A stretch of DNA of 64,000 nt from Azolla caroliniana. Lineage: Eukaryota > Plantae > Polypodiophyta. Made by a program: the position numbers and the translations under genes. Positions 50,501 to 60,529 of the stretch are shown here, in pieces; within the stretch, counting starts at the first letter, position 1, and each line of letters opens with the position of its first letter. Location of the stretch: positions 10,540,001-10,604,000 of the forward strand of contig JBHGNT010000007.1 of NCBI GenBank assembly GCA_043228905.1, written 5' to 3'. The notes below the pieces were generated by a model, which saw nothing but the letters and a program-made list of their open reading frames with translations, was not told the DNA's origin and made no database searches.

Positions 50501-51020
50501 GTACACGCCTTCAAGTAATCACAGATACTATATTAATTTGCTTTCTTAGGTTCCTATATCCAATAACTGTAATGCCAAAAAAGTTGTTCGCAATCAATAC
50601 TTTCAATTGAAGTATCTATCACACACTACTTCAAATGTGTATATCCAGAATATCTGCAAATGGAATTTCATTGCAAGCATTGAAGACATGATGACAAAAT
50701 TCAAAAATAAAAGAAACATTTTTGTTCATCATACTAAAGCATATTTCCTTTCAAAGAATTGGACTGGAAATGTTTTCATATTTAGATTCATTCTTTTATG
50801 TTGCTTACTAAGTTTGTTTAGGCAAACCGGATAGTGGTAAATTTCACTTAGTGGAGTTAGATTGCTTACTAAGTTTATTCATATGCTCAAAATTACTTCT
50901 CATGAAGGGCACTCATAAGTATTATCTTCTTTACTTTAGCGTGCTTAATAATAAGGTTCCTATGAGGAAGAGAGTATTCTTCATTGTTCAATAACCAATT
51001 ATCACAATATAATATCGTTA

Positions 51021-51870
51021 TGCTATATCACAATTAAGAGAAAACTGTTCGGCCACAACCAAGTCTTACTCATTAATTGGAAGAAAACAGAAAATAGAAA
51101 TAAGATAGACACAAGATGTTAATGTGGAAAACCCTAATAGGGAAAAACCATGGGAGCCCACAGACTCCAACTATCTCTATGAGAAGAGGATACAATGCGA
51201 GACTCAGAGGCAACGACCTCAAGCTCTATGTCTTCACCAATCAGCGGTTACAACAGAAAAGCTTTGTGTATCTCACGCTCTCTATGTCTACACAACAATA
51301 TCTCTACACGCATCATCATCAGAAGTGATTGCCCTAAGTCATATTTATACTTATATGACTTTAGTACTAATTACAAATATGGCCATGACATGCACACTAA
51401 AAACATATTTACAGATATGTCCCTGGATCCGGTTCCTTCCTTCGGCTCGTCCGATCTGGCTCCTCCGGTTCTCATTCGGATCCCATCCGGAGGGACCGAA
51501 TTCCCAACAAGCTCCCCCTTCACTCCATTATGGGATGTCTTGTCAATCTGATCCGTCTCCTGCACACGTCCAGTTTGTTGACTGACAGCACCTTGTTCAG
51601 CATGTCCGACCCGTTCCTCTTCGTATGGATCTTCGTCAGCAAGAACTCTTTATCTTCTACCTTCTCCCGAAGCCAATGATATCTCCTTTGGATGTGCTTG
51701 GTCTGTGAGTGGTAGGCCGCGTTCTTCGCGAGGTGGATGACACTTTGACTGTCACAGTGAGCCAGAATTCCTCCTTCCGGATCCCTACCTCTCTGATGAA
51801 GTCCTTCATCTAGATTACCTTTTTACCGGCTTCTACAACCGTCATATACTCCGCTTCCGTTGTCGATAGT
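51021..51870 (-). mobile_element. Tork-like 3' LTR, PPT and RNase H remnant
   Basis: The LTR boundary ...gggaccgaattcccaaca is at 51509, followed by the PPT rc gctccccctt and degenerate RNase H (STTEAEYM...KIHTKRNGSDMLNKVL). The left boundary is approximate. Confidence 0.85.
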
Positions 51871-51874
51871 GATA

Positions 51875-52570
51875 TCTTGGATAAATCGGAGTCGTTGATC
51901 TTTCTTTAACACAATGAACTATCAACTTGAGTAAGGAGCGTTTGATGGTTCCAAGATACCCATCCTTACCTTTTCTTTCAAAAGTTCTAAAAGTTGAGGA
52001 ATTCTAACCCTATGCATGGGTATTGGCTTAAAATTCCATGGAATATGAGAGATAGTGAATATAACCATGAGCTCCACTATGTTTGGATCCACACAACCTA
52101 TTTCCTCAGGTTGGAATGTAAGCGCCTTTCCATGCATTTTTAACATCTCCCTAATTTGCTTTTGTTTAGCAGGTAATAGGATTTCACCCCCTCCAATTTT
52201 CATCCCTTGTATTGTTTCCGGAGTAAACACATGTCCCACCTTTTGTGGGTCTCTGATCATTGGTTCTATGGCTACTTCTTTGATTATCCTTTCACTATCC
52301 CCTGGAAGTGGAGTAGCAACAAGATTAACCTTATTCTTCACTGTCTTATTCTTCATCAGGACCTGTGCCTCACGATATTTTCAAGCAACTTCTTGAATGA
52401 CCTCGTACATCTTGATTGAATGGACAGGAACTTGAATCATCGCTTCCAAATGAGTTTTTGTATCTTCAAAACTTAATTCTTCAAACATATCCTCTATTTC
52501 TTGATCATCATCTATTAATCCAGAACACTTAAAGGACCTGATAATATTTTGTATTTTGGGTAAAAGCATG
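51875..52570 (-). mobile_element. Family-G-like gypsy pol fragment (RT N-terminus)
   Basis: EIGCVDPNIVELMVIFTISHIPWNFKPIP...GILEPSNAPYS is homologous to 62823-63818. Confidence 0.85.
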
Positions 52571-53475
52571 CGAGTGGAAACACTATTATAGCTAATTAGC
52601 TGGTACTATGGCCATAGTTATTTAGCTATTTGTTTAGCTAGTTTTTTGTGGGCAAATCATAAGGATCATTTACGCAATTTTATGCTTTATTAGTTAAATA
52701 TATGTCATTTAAATACATATCATTTAATTTATGAGAATACTCAAAAATTTGAACTTTCGTTTCTAACGTAGTGGAACTTGGGGAACAATGCCCTCATCTA
52801 AACTCAACTTGAATGTCACCAAATTCCTACTAATCCTGAGTTTGAGTTCGAAATCCAAATAGATCGAGTACTCTGAGCATGAACGCAGATGAAGATCCCG
52901 CAGCAGCACAAAAACTCTACTATCGACATTACACCTTTAGAGCTACAACACACCACCAATTCGATCCTCGTCCAAGTATGTATCAATTACACATTAAAAA
53001 ATCCTTTATTTTTATCTTTCTAATAATTGTAACTTTGTTGTTTGTTCATCTTTTATAAAACGATTAGGGCGAAGTTGTCAGAGTCCCAAACAAGGATGTC
53101 TCAAAGATCGGGGTGTAGTAGCAGGTGTGTTTTTTATTGACAAAAAAATTGATTAGGGTTGATTTCATACATATTTCAGATTAGGGTTGTTGATTTCTTG
53201 AAACAATTGATTTTTTATTAGGGTTTCTGATTAAGGTTTCTAAATAGGGTTTTTGATTTTTTAAGAGGTTTATTTTTTATTATTGTTAAAAATTTCAGAT
53301 TTAGTGTTGGAATTTTGCACCAATTCACATTTTTTATTTCAATGGTTGTGTGTTTGCAAACTTCCCCCAAATTTAATTTAGGATTTGGTTGAATGTGTTT
53401 GATTTTATATTTTTGATTCTTCTCTACCAATTGTAGTTCTAAATACAGATGTCCCAATAGAGCAAAGGTAACATG

Positions 53476-54012
53476 TGTTGGGAAAGCAGTCTCTCCGGAT
53501 GGGATCCGGTGATGAATAAAGAGGAGCCGGTGAGAATCGGAAGAGATCCAGAAACTGGAGGAGACCCGGTGAGAACCGGAACAGAGACATATATGTAAAT
53601 ATGTTTCGAGTAAGCCTATTGAGGCTATATTTGTAAATAACCCTAAGTTCATATAAGTATAAATATGACTTAGGGCAATCACTTTGTATGATTATTGTCA
53701 TATTGTTGTATATGCATAACTACTATATAGAGAGAGCGACAAAGAGAGTGAGAGAGTGAGATATAGAGCGATACTCTGTTGTAACCGCCAGCTGGCAAAG
53801 ATACAGAGCTCGAGGTTATTGCCGCTGAGGCTCTCATTGTACCTTTCTCCTATAGTGATAGTTGGAGTCCGTGGGCTCCCGTGGTTTTTCCCAATTAGGG
53901 TTTTCCACGTAAACATCCTATATATTCCCTTTGTGTACTCTCCACTTTCCATTTCTGTGTTTCATTCTCAGAGAAGTGTTCAAGACTTGGTTGTGGCCGA
54001 GCAATATTCCGT
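53476..54012 (+). mobile_element. Tork-like LTR interrupted near its U5 end by a family-G element
   Basis: Starts tgttgggaaag; contains tataaatatgacttagggca, gggttttccacgtaaacatcc and ggttgtggccgagca. Confidence 0.82.
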
Positions 54013-56226
54013 TGTTGTGCCTTTCGGTGCCGGATCGTTTGCGTGAGTCGGGTGGGAACCACTGAGGTTTTGGACTAGGAGAAAAGAAAATTCTAAGGCA
54101 ATGAAGAATATGAAATATGTTGTAAGAAAGAAAGATATGAAAAAATTCGTGAATCCCACGAGTATAGTGTATTAGTGAGTACTTTGATTAAGAGAGAAAA
54201 ATAGTTAGCAAATTCGTGAATCCCACGATTATATTATATTAATCCACCCTTGTAAAATAAGCAACAACCCCCCATACATCTTTCTCTCCTCCTTATATAA
54301 GGATGGAAGAGGCTAAGCATAGCTTTATGCTTTCTGTAAAGTGTTCATGCACACTAAATGTGCATGAATTGCCTTGTAAAATAAGCAACAACCCCCCATA
54401 CATCTTTCTCTCCTCCTTATATAAGGATGGAAGAGGCTAAGCATAGCTTTATGCTTTCTGTAAAGTGTTCATGCACACTAAATGTGCATGAATTGCCTTT
54501 TTACACTATGCTTTTATTTCCTAAATATAGTGCTCATGCTCGTTAGATGTGCACGAGTCATTTTTTATTGGTGTACATTTTTCTTATAAATAAAGTATTC
54601 ACGCATTTTTAAAAAAAATGCATGACTTACCTTTTAATAAAGGTAGACGTAAATAAAGGTCTTATACATATTAAATCTATATTTAGAACACTTAGGATAA
54701 GTTAGTACAATGGTAAGGTTGGGGTTTGTCTACGTGGAGGTACAAGGTTTGAATCTTGCCCTATGCACATAATAAACATTTTTAATATTTTATTTTATTT
54801 ATTATACGTACTTTAAATCAGATATAGTATTTTACATATTTCACGCAGTGTGTGATTCACACTACGACACTCGCCCCCTCTGAACCCGCACATCCTCCGG
54901 TATGTGCCGAAGTTCCCGATGCTTGTTATTCACCTTCATCCGAAGCTTCCTCAGATTCTCCCCTTAAGTCGACTATGAGTTGTAATCAACTTTCTTCGCT
55001 TTCGGCATCACCGTGATCTTCGTCCGATTGCTCCGTCTTGTTGGTCTTGTCTAGGATCACATAGGGTTCTTCATCAATCCGCTTCTTGAAAATCTTCACC
55101 TGTTTCCTAGCTATAGGCACTCGTAGCATCGTTCCATCCAACTCGCATAGTCGGTAAGTTTCGTTGTCAAAAACTTTCCGAGCCTCGTATGGCCCAAACC
55201 ACCTTTTCGCGAACTTCCGCATCGTTGTATGTTGATGATCCAAACTACTATTGTAGACAATCACCCAATCTCTTTCTTCAATCTTCCACGGTCGTAGTCG
55301 GTGCTTTGTGTCGAACCGGCTTTTATTCCGGAATCATGCTTCTTGTTGTCGGCGCATTGCTTCCGCTACGTCTTCCGGTCTTCCCTCTAGTTTTCGTATC
55401 CGGACCGCTAGTAGTTCTTCCCGGCTCATCTCTTCCTTCCATGCTAGCATTGTCCATGTCGCGATTGCGGTTTCCGTTGGCATTACCGGTGCTTGTCCGG
55501 TCATGAGTTCTGTTGGCATGTAACCGGTTACGGGGCTATGCGTCGTCCGATCCGCCCATAGTGCATACGGAAGCATTTGTGGCCAATCCTTCACCCTTCC
55601 ATCGCATGCCTTCGCAAGTGCTTTAACAATAGGACTATATCCTCGTTCGATCTTCCCGTTGGCTTCCGGATTGTATGCCGTTGTCAGTGTTAACTGAACT
55701 CCATGTTTGGTGAAGAATTCCTTAGCTTTATCAGAGTTGAGTTCTGTTGAACAACAGTGCTCGGCCACAACCGAGGAATAGGATCGATTCACAGAAAACG
55801 GGAAATACACGAAATGCACGAAGGCAATAGAGAGAGAAGAGTACACAGGATGTTTTACGTGGAAAACCCTAAATGGGAAAAACCACGGGAGTCCTCAACT
55901 CCAACTATCACTATACACAGAGATGTACAATGGTGAAGCTACAAGGCAACAACCTTGAGCTCACTGCCTTCGCCACAGGCGGCGGTATTACACAGAGGCG
56001 TCGACCTCTTCCTTCCTCTCTCTCTCTCTCTCTCTCGGCTGCTCTCTCTTTGCTCTCTCTCGGCTGAAAACATAAAAATGAGCAACAACATTTAAACTGT
56101 TTGCCCTAAGTCATATTTATACACATATGACTTTCGGGCTATTTACAAATATAGCCTCAAGGGCTCTTGGCAAAACATATTCACAAATATGTCCCCGCAT
56201 CCGGATCTCTCTCCGGGTACATTCGT

Positions 56227-56385
56227 CATCCGGCTCCGTAACCGGGGTCTTCAACATCCGGCTCCGTAACCGGGGTCTTCATCATCCGGCTCCGTAGCCG
56301 GGGTCTTCATCATCCGGCTCCGTAACCGGGTACTCTTCATCCGGCTTCATGCCGGGTACTCTTCATCACCCGGTTCCGTAACGGC
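56227..56385. repeat. 28-bp tandem array in the Tork U3 (also ~24308-24385, ~29040-29090, ~61044-61200)
   Basis: Unit catccggctccgta(a/g)ccggggtcttca(a/t), followed by degenerate copies. Confidence 0.9.
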
Positions 56386-56455
56386 CTCCGGGCTTGCCGT
56401 CGTTCATCTCCGCACATCCCATCCGGAGGGACCGAAATCCCAACAAACTCCCCCT

Positions 56456-59400
56456 TCACTTCGGCATGGGATGTCTCTCCAAACCGATCCTCTTCCGGCA
56501 TGCTTCCAGCTTGTCGGGTGTGAGCACCTTGGTCAGCATATCCGACCCGTTCTCGTCCGTGTGGATCTTCGTCAGCACGAACTCCTTGTCTTCTATCCTT
56601 TCCCGGATCCAGTGGTATCTACGCTGGATGTGCTTCGTCCGGGAGTGATAGGCCGCGTTCTTCGCAAGGTGGATGGCACTCTGACTGTCGCAGTAGAGTC
56701 GGTACTCCTCCTGCCGGATACCGAGCTCTCTAATGAAGTCTTTCATCCATATCATTTCCTTGCCGGCTTCAACAGCCGCCATGTACTCCGCCTCCGTGGT
56801 TGACAACGCAACCGTCTTCTGCAGCCTCGACTGCCACGAAACAGCTCCCCCTGCATACGTCATCACATACCCTGATGTGGACCGGCTGGTATCTGCATCA
56901 GCCGACATATCCGAATCGGTAAAGCCGTCGAGTTCGGGTTTACCGGAGCCGAATCGGAGGCACACGTTTGTCGTGCCCTTCAGGTATCGGAGTATCCACT
57001 TGACCGCGTTCCAGTGCTCTTTGCCAGGGTTGCTCATGTACCGGCTCACCACTCCGACTGCATATCCTATGTCCGGTCTCGTACACACCATGGCGTACAT
57101 CAAGCTCCCGACGGCTGAGGCATATGACACTTTCATCATATCCTCCTTCTCAGCCTTTGTCTTGGGACTTTGCTTGTTGGACAGCTTGCAGTTTGCCGGG
57201 AGGGTCGATCCGACCGGTCTTGCTTCCGACATGTTGAACCGTTTAAGCACCTTTGTCACGTACTTCTCCTGTGACAACCACAACTGCTTCTTTCTCCGGT
57301 CCCGGATGATGTGCATCCCTAGTATTTGTCTCGCCGGACCCAGGTCCTTCATTGAGAAGGTTCGGTGAAGAGCCTTCTTCAACATCCGTATCTTGACCTG
57401 GTCCCGTCCGACGATCAACATGTCGTCCACGTATAGGAGGAGTATTAGAAAGTCACCTCCGTCGAACTTCTTTACAAACACGCAATGGTCGGACTGCGTT
57501 TTGCAGTACCCTTCGTCGGTCATGAAGGAGTCGAACTTTCGGTACCACTGCCGGGGAGCCTGCTTCAAACCATAAAGGCTCTTCTTCAACCGGCATACCA
57601 AGTGCTCCTTCTTTTCTTTCTCGAATCCTTCCGGTTGCTGCATGTAGATCTCTTCTTCGAGGTCACCGTGAAGGAATGCCGTCTTCACGTCCATCTGTTC
57701 TACCTCGAGGTCCATGCTTGCCGCTATGCTCAGCACCGTCCGGATGGAGGTCATCTTCACTACCGGGGTAAATATCTCGTCGAAGTCGACGCCCTTCTTC
57801 TGCTGGAACCCCTTCACCACGATCCTGGCTTTGTATCTCGGGGGGTTTCCGGCATCTCCCGGTTTCAGCTTGAACACCCACTTGTTACGGAGTGCCCGTT
57901 TTCCTTTCGGCAACTCCACAAGTTCATATGTGTGGTTCTCATGCAGGGAATCCATCTCCTCCTGCATGGCACTTAACCACCTGCGGCTATGGGTGTCATG
58001 CTTTGCTTCTTCAAAGCTCTCCGGCTCCCCCTCGTCGGTTAGCAGCACGTGCTCTGGTTCCGGAAATCTCCGGGGGGCCCTTCTCTCTCTTAGAGGATAT
58101 CTCCGTTCCGGAGCTTCGGAAACCGGTTCTTCCGATTCTTCTTCATCCGAATCCATTTCGGGATCGGGGCCGGTTCCGGTATCATTTTCATCTTCTTCGG
58201 CCGGTTCTGTTTCTTCACCGTCTTCGGCCGGATCCTTGAGTGCTAACCGGTCCCTTGCCGGTCGGGACTGCTCCTCGTAGAGTTGATCCTCACCGGTCGA
58301 CTTGGAGCTCTTCATCTTCTTCTCCGACTCCCAGTCGGCGAGTGTCTTGTTCTCCATGAAGATGATATCTCGACTCCTGAATATCTTCTTGTCGACCGGG
58401 TCCCATACTCGGTAGCCGAACTCGTCGTCGCCGTAACCGAGGAATATGCATGGCCGGGTCTTTGGATCTAACTTTCCTCTCCGGTCCTTTGCCACATGCA
58501 CGTATGCGAGACACCCGAACACCTTCAGATGCCGGTAGGACACTTCCTTACCGGTCCACACTTTCTGCGGCGTGTCTCCGTCCAAAGGTACTGAGGGTGA
58601 TCTATTTATCACATACGTCGCCGTCGACATTGCCTCAGCCCAAAATCCCTTGGGTAATTTCGCATGCGCCAGCATACTCCGGACCCTCTCCATTATGGTC
58701 CGGTTCATCCTCTCGGCCAGCCCGTTCAGTTCCGGCGTCTTCGGCATAGTAAACTCGAGCCGGATTCCCTTCGAGCGACAGTACTCCGCGAACTGCCCCC
58801 GGTATTCCCCTCCGTTATCCGCTCGTATCGCTTTCAGCTTCTTGCCGGATTCTCTTTCCACTCTCGCGTGGAGTTCTTTGAAGACGGACAACACTTGGTC
58901 CTTTGTCTTCAACGGTGCCGTCCACAGCTTCCGGCTGTGGTCATCAATGAATGTCACGAAGTACTGGGCTTCGCCATGTGACTTCGTTTCTACTTGACAC
59001 ACGTCAGTGTGCACCAGCTCCAATGGTGCGCTACGTCTCGTCGGTGGCCTTGAGTGGAAGGAGGTCCGGTTTTGCTTACCGGCCAGGCAGTCGGTGCACT
59101 TCTCCAGGTGCACATGCTTCACTGGAATAAGGTTGTCTTCTGCAAGCCTCTTCATCCCCTTCTCACTGATGTGGCACAGTCTTTTGTGCCACAGCTCACT
59201 GGCAGTGTCGGCTGCCACATTCAGCTCTTCCGGACATAACCGGGCATTCATCAGGTACAGTGTGTTGACCTTCCGGGCCCGAGCCACTATCAGGCTCCCT
59301 TTGCTGAACTTCATGACACCGTTCCGGATGCTGCCCGTGTAGCCTTCATCGTCTAGCCTCCCGGCCGAGATCAGGTTCAATCGGACCTCCGGAACGTGTC

Positions 59401-60529
59401 GAACATCCTTCAGCAGCATCTTGCATCCGGTTGATGTCATCAACCACACGTCTCCTATGCCGGCAATCCGGCATGTACCTTCATTTCCCATCCGGACACA
59501 GCCATGCTCACCGGCTGTGTAGGATGAGAAGTATTTCTTCTCCGGGGTCAGGTGGAACGACGCTCCGGAATCGACCACCCAGGTCATCTCTACACCGGCA
59601 GGGTTCAGCTCCCTCTCTTCGGTAATGAGCATTATCTCTTCTTCACTTGCCGCGAGTGCCGTCGTTCCTTTCCGGTCCTGCCCTCGCCGATCCGGACCTC
59701 TCCGGTCCGTGGCTCCCCGGTATGCACCGTTTCTCTCCGGTGACTTCTTCGAATCGGTGTCGTCGGCTCCGTTGTCCTTTCGGTAATGCCGACAATTCTT
59801 CCGGAAGTGCCCCGGCTTCCCACAGTGGAAGCATGTGGGCCTTCCTCTTGACTGCGACCGGGTCCCCGACTTCTCCCGTCTTTGCGGACTCCGGTTCCAT
59901 TGTCTTCCCCGATCCGATTCGGTAAGCAGCATCTTCGGATCGGAAACCGGTTCTTTATCTCTCCGACGCGCTTCTTCGTTCAAAATACTTGTCTTTACCG
60001 TTTGTAGAGACAAGTTATCTTCGGTGCAGGAGGTGCTGAGAGTCACCACCAAGTTCTCCCAGCTTTCCGGCAATGTACACATCAGAATGATGGCTTGCAT
60101 TGCATCCTCCAACGGGAACTTGATCGCCGCAAGCTGGTTCACGAATCCCATGAACGTGCTCACGTGTTCCACCATATTCTCGCCGTCCCGGTACTTGAGG
60201 TTCACTATCTTCCTCATCAGGGAGGTCCGGTTCAACGCATTCTTCCTCTCGTAGAGGCCCGACAGCTTCTTCCACATCTCATATGCGTTGGTGTCGTTCG
60301 CCACATGTTGTAGGACGCTTACATCGACATATTGCCGGATCGTCGCTACGGCTTTCCGGTTCAGGAGCTTCCACTCCGACTCTATTACTCCCTTGGGTAT
60401 CTCGGCATTGTCGATCGGTTCGTACAGGTCTCGGACGATGAGAAGGTCTTCCATCTTTATCTTCCAGTCGGCGTAGTTCTGTGAGTTCAACACCATCATG
60501 CCCGGAGGCCCACTACCGCCGCCTTCCAT
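56456..60529 (-). CDS. T2 gag-pol polyprotein, 1357 aa from the first ATG after the PBS
   Basis: One open frame: CFHCGKPGHFRKNC, WVVDSGAS, HKRLCH...CTDC, VHTD...RADNGGEY...AERMN, LYVDD, GFTDSD...SDMLTK. Confidence 0.96.
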   Translation of the reverse strand: MEGGGSGPPGMMVLNSQNYADWKIKMEDLLIVRDLYEPIDNAEIPKGVIESEWKLLNRKAVATIRQYVDVSVLQHVANDTNAYEMWKKLSGLYERKNALNRTSLMRKIVNLKYRDGENMVEHVSTFMGFVNQLAAIKFPLEDAMQAIILMCTLPESWENLVVTLSTSCTEDNLSLQTVKTSILNEEARRRDKEPVSDPKMLLTESDRGRQWNRSPQRREKSGTRSQSRGRPTCFHCGKPGHFRKNCRHYRKDNGADDTDSKKSPERNGAYRGATDRRGPDRRGQDRKGTTALAASEEEIMLITEERELNPAGVEMTWVVDSGASFHLTPEKKYFSSYTAGEHGCVRMGNEGTCRIAGIGDVWLMTSTGCKMLLKDVRHVPEVRLNLISAGRLDDEGYTGSIRNGVMKFSKGSLIVARARKVNTLYLMNARLCPEELNVAADTASELWHKRLCHISEKGMKRLAEDNLIPVKHVHLEKCTDCLAGKQNRTSFHSRPPTRRSAPLELVHTDVCQVETKSHGEAQYFVTFIDDHSRKLWTAPLKTKDQVLSVFKELHARVERESGKKLKAIRADNGGEYRGQFAEYCRSKGIRLEFTMPKTPELNGLAERMNRTIMERVRSMLAHAKLPKGFWAEAMSTATYVINRSPSVPLDGDTPQKVWTGKEVSYRHLKVFGCLAYVHVAKDRRGKLDPKTRPCIFLGYGDDEFGYRVWDPVDKKIFRSRDIIFMENKTLADWESEKKMKSSKSTGEDQLYEEQSRPARDRLALKDPAEDGEETEPAEEDENDTGTGPDPEMDSDEEESEEPVSEAPERRYPLRERRAPRRFPEPEHVLLTDEGEPESFEEAKHDTHSRRWLSAMQEEMDSLHENHTYELVELPKGKRALRNKWVFKLKPGDAGNPPRYKARIVVKGFQQKKGVDFDEIFTPVVKMTSIRTVLSIAASMDLEVEQMDVKTAFLHGDLEEEIYMQQPEGFEKEKKEHLVCRLKKSLYGLKQAPRQWYRKFDSFMTDEGYCKTQSDHCVFVKKFDGGDFLILLLYVDDMLIVGRDQVKIRMLKKALHRTFSMKDLGPARQILGMHIIRDRRKKQLWLSQEKYVTKVLKRFNMSEARPVGSTLPANCKLSNKQSPKTKAEKEDMMKVSYASAVGSLMYAMVCTRPDIGYAVGVVSRYMSNPGKEHWNAVKWILRYLKGTTNVCLRFGSGKPELDGFTDSDMSADADTSRSTSGYVMTYAGGAVSWQSRLQKTVALSTTEAEYMAAVEAGKEMIWMKDFIRELGIRQEEYRLYCDSQSAIHLAKNAAYHSRTKHIQRRYHWIRERIEDKEFVLTKIHTDENGSDMLTKVLTPDKLEACRKRIGLERHPMPK

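Noticed and set aside
52570-53475. Possible DNA transposon remnant
   Set aside because: No TIR pair, TSD or recognisable transposase motif could be established.
55334-55846. 170-aa ORF as a novel fusion protein
   Set aside because: Chance read-through from the T2 LTR into the interrupted gypsy integrase. 23704-24165 is the same kind of junction ORF.
56227-56385. 28-bp repeats as a CRISPR-like array
   Set aside because: Head-to-tail units without unique spacers, inside a eukaryotic LTR.
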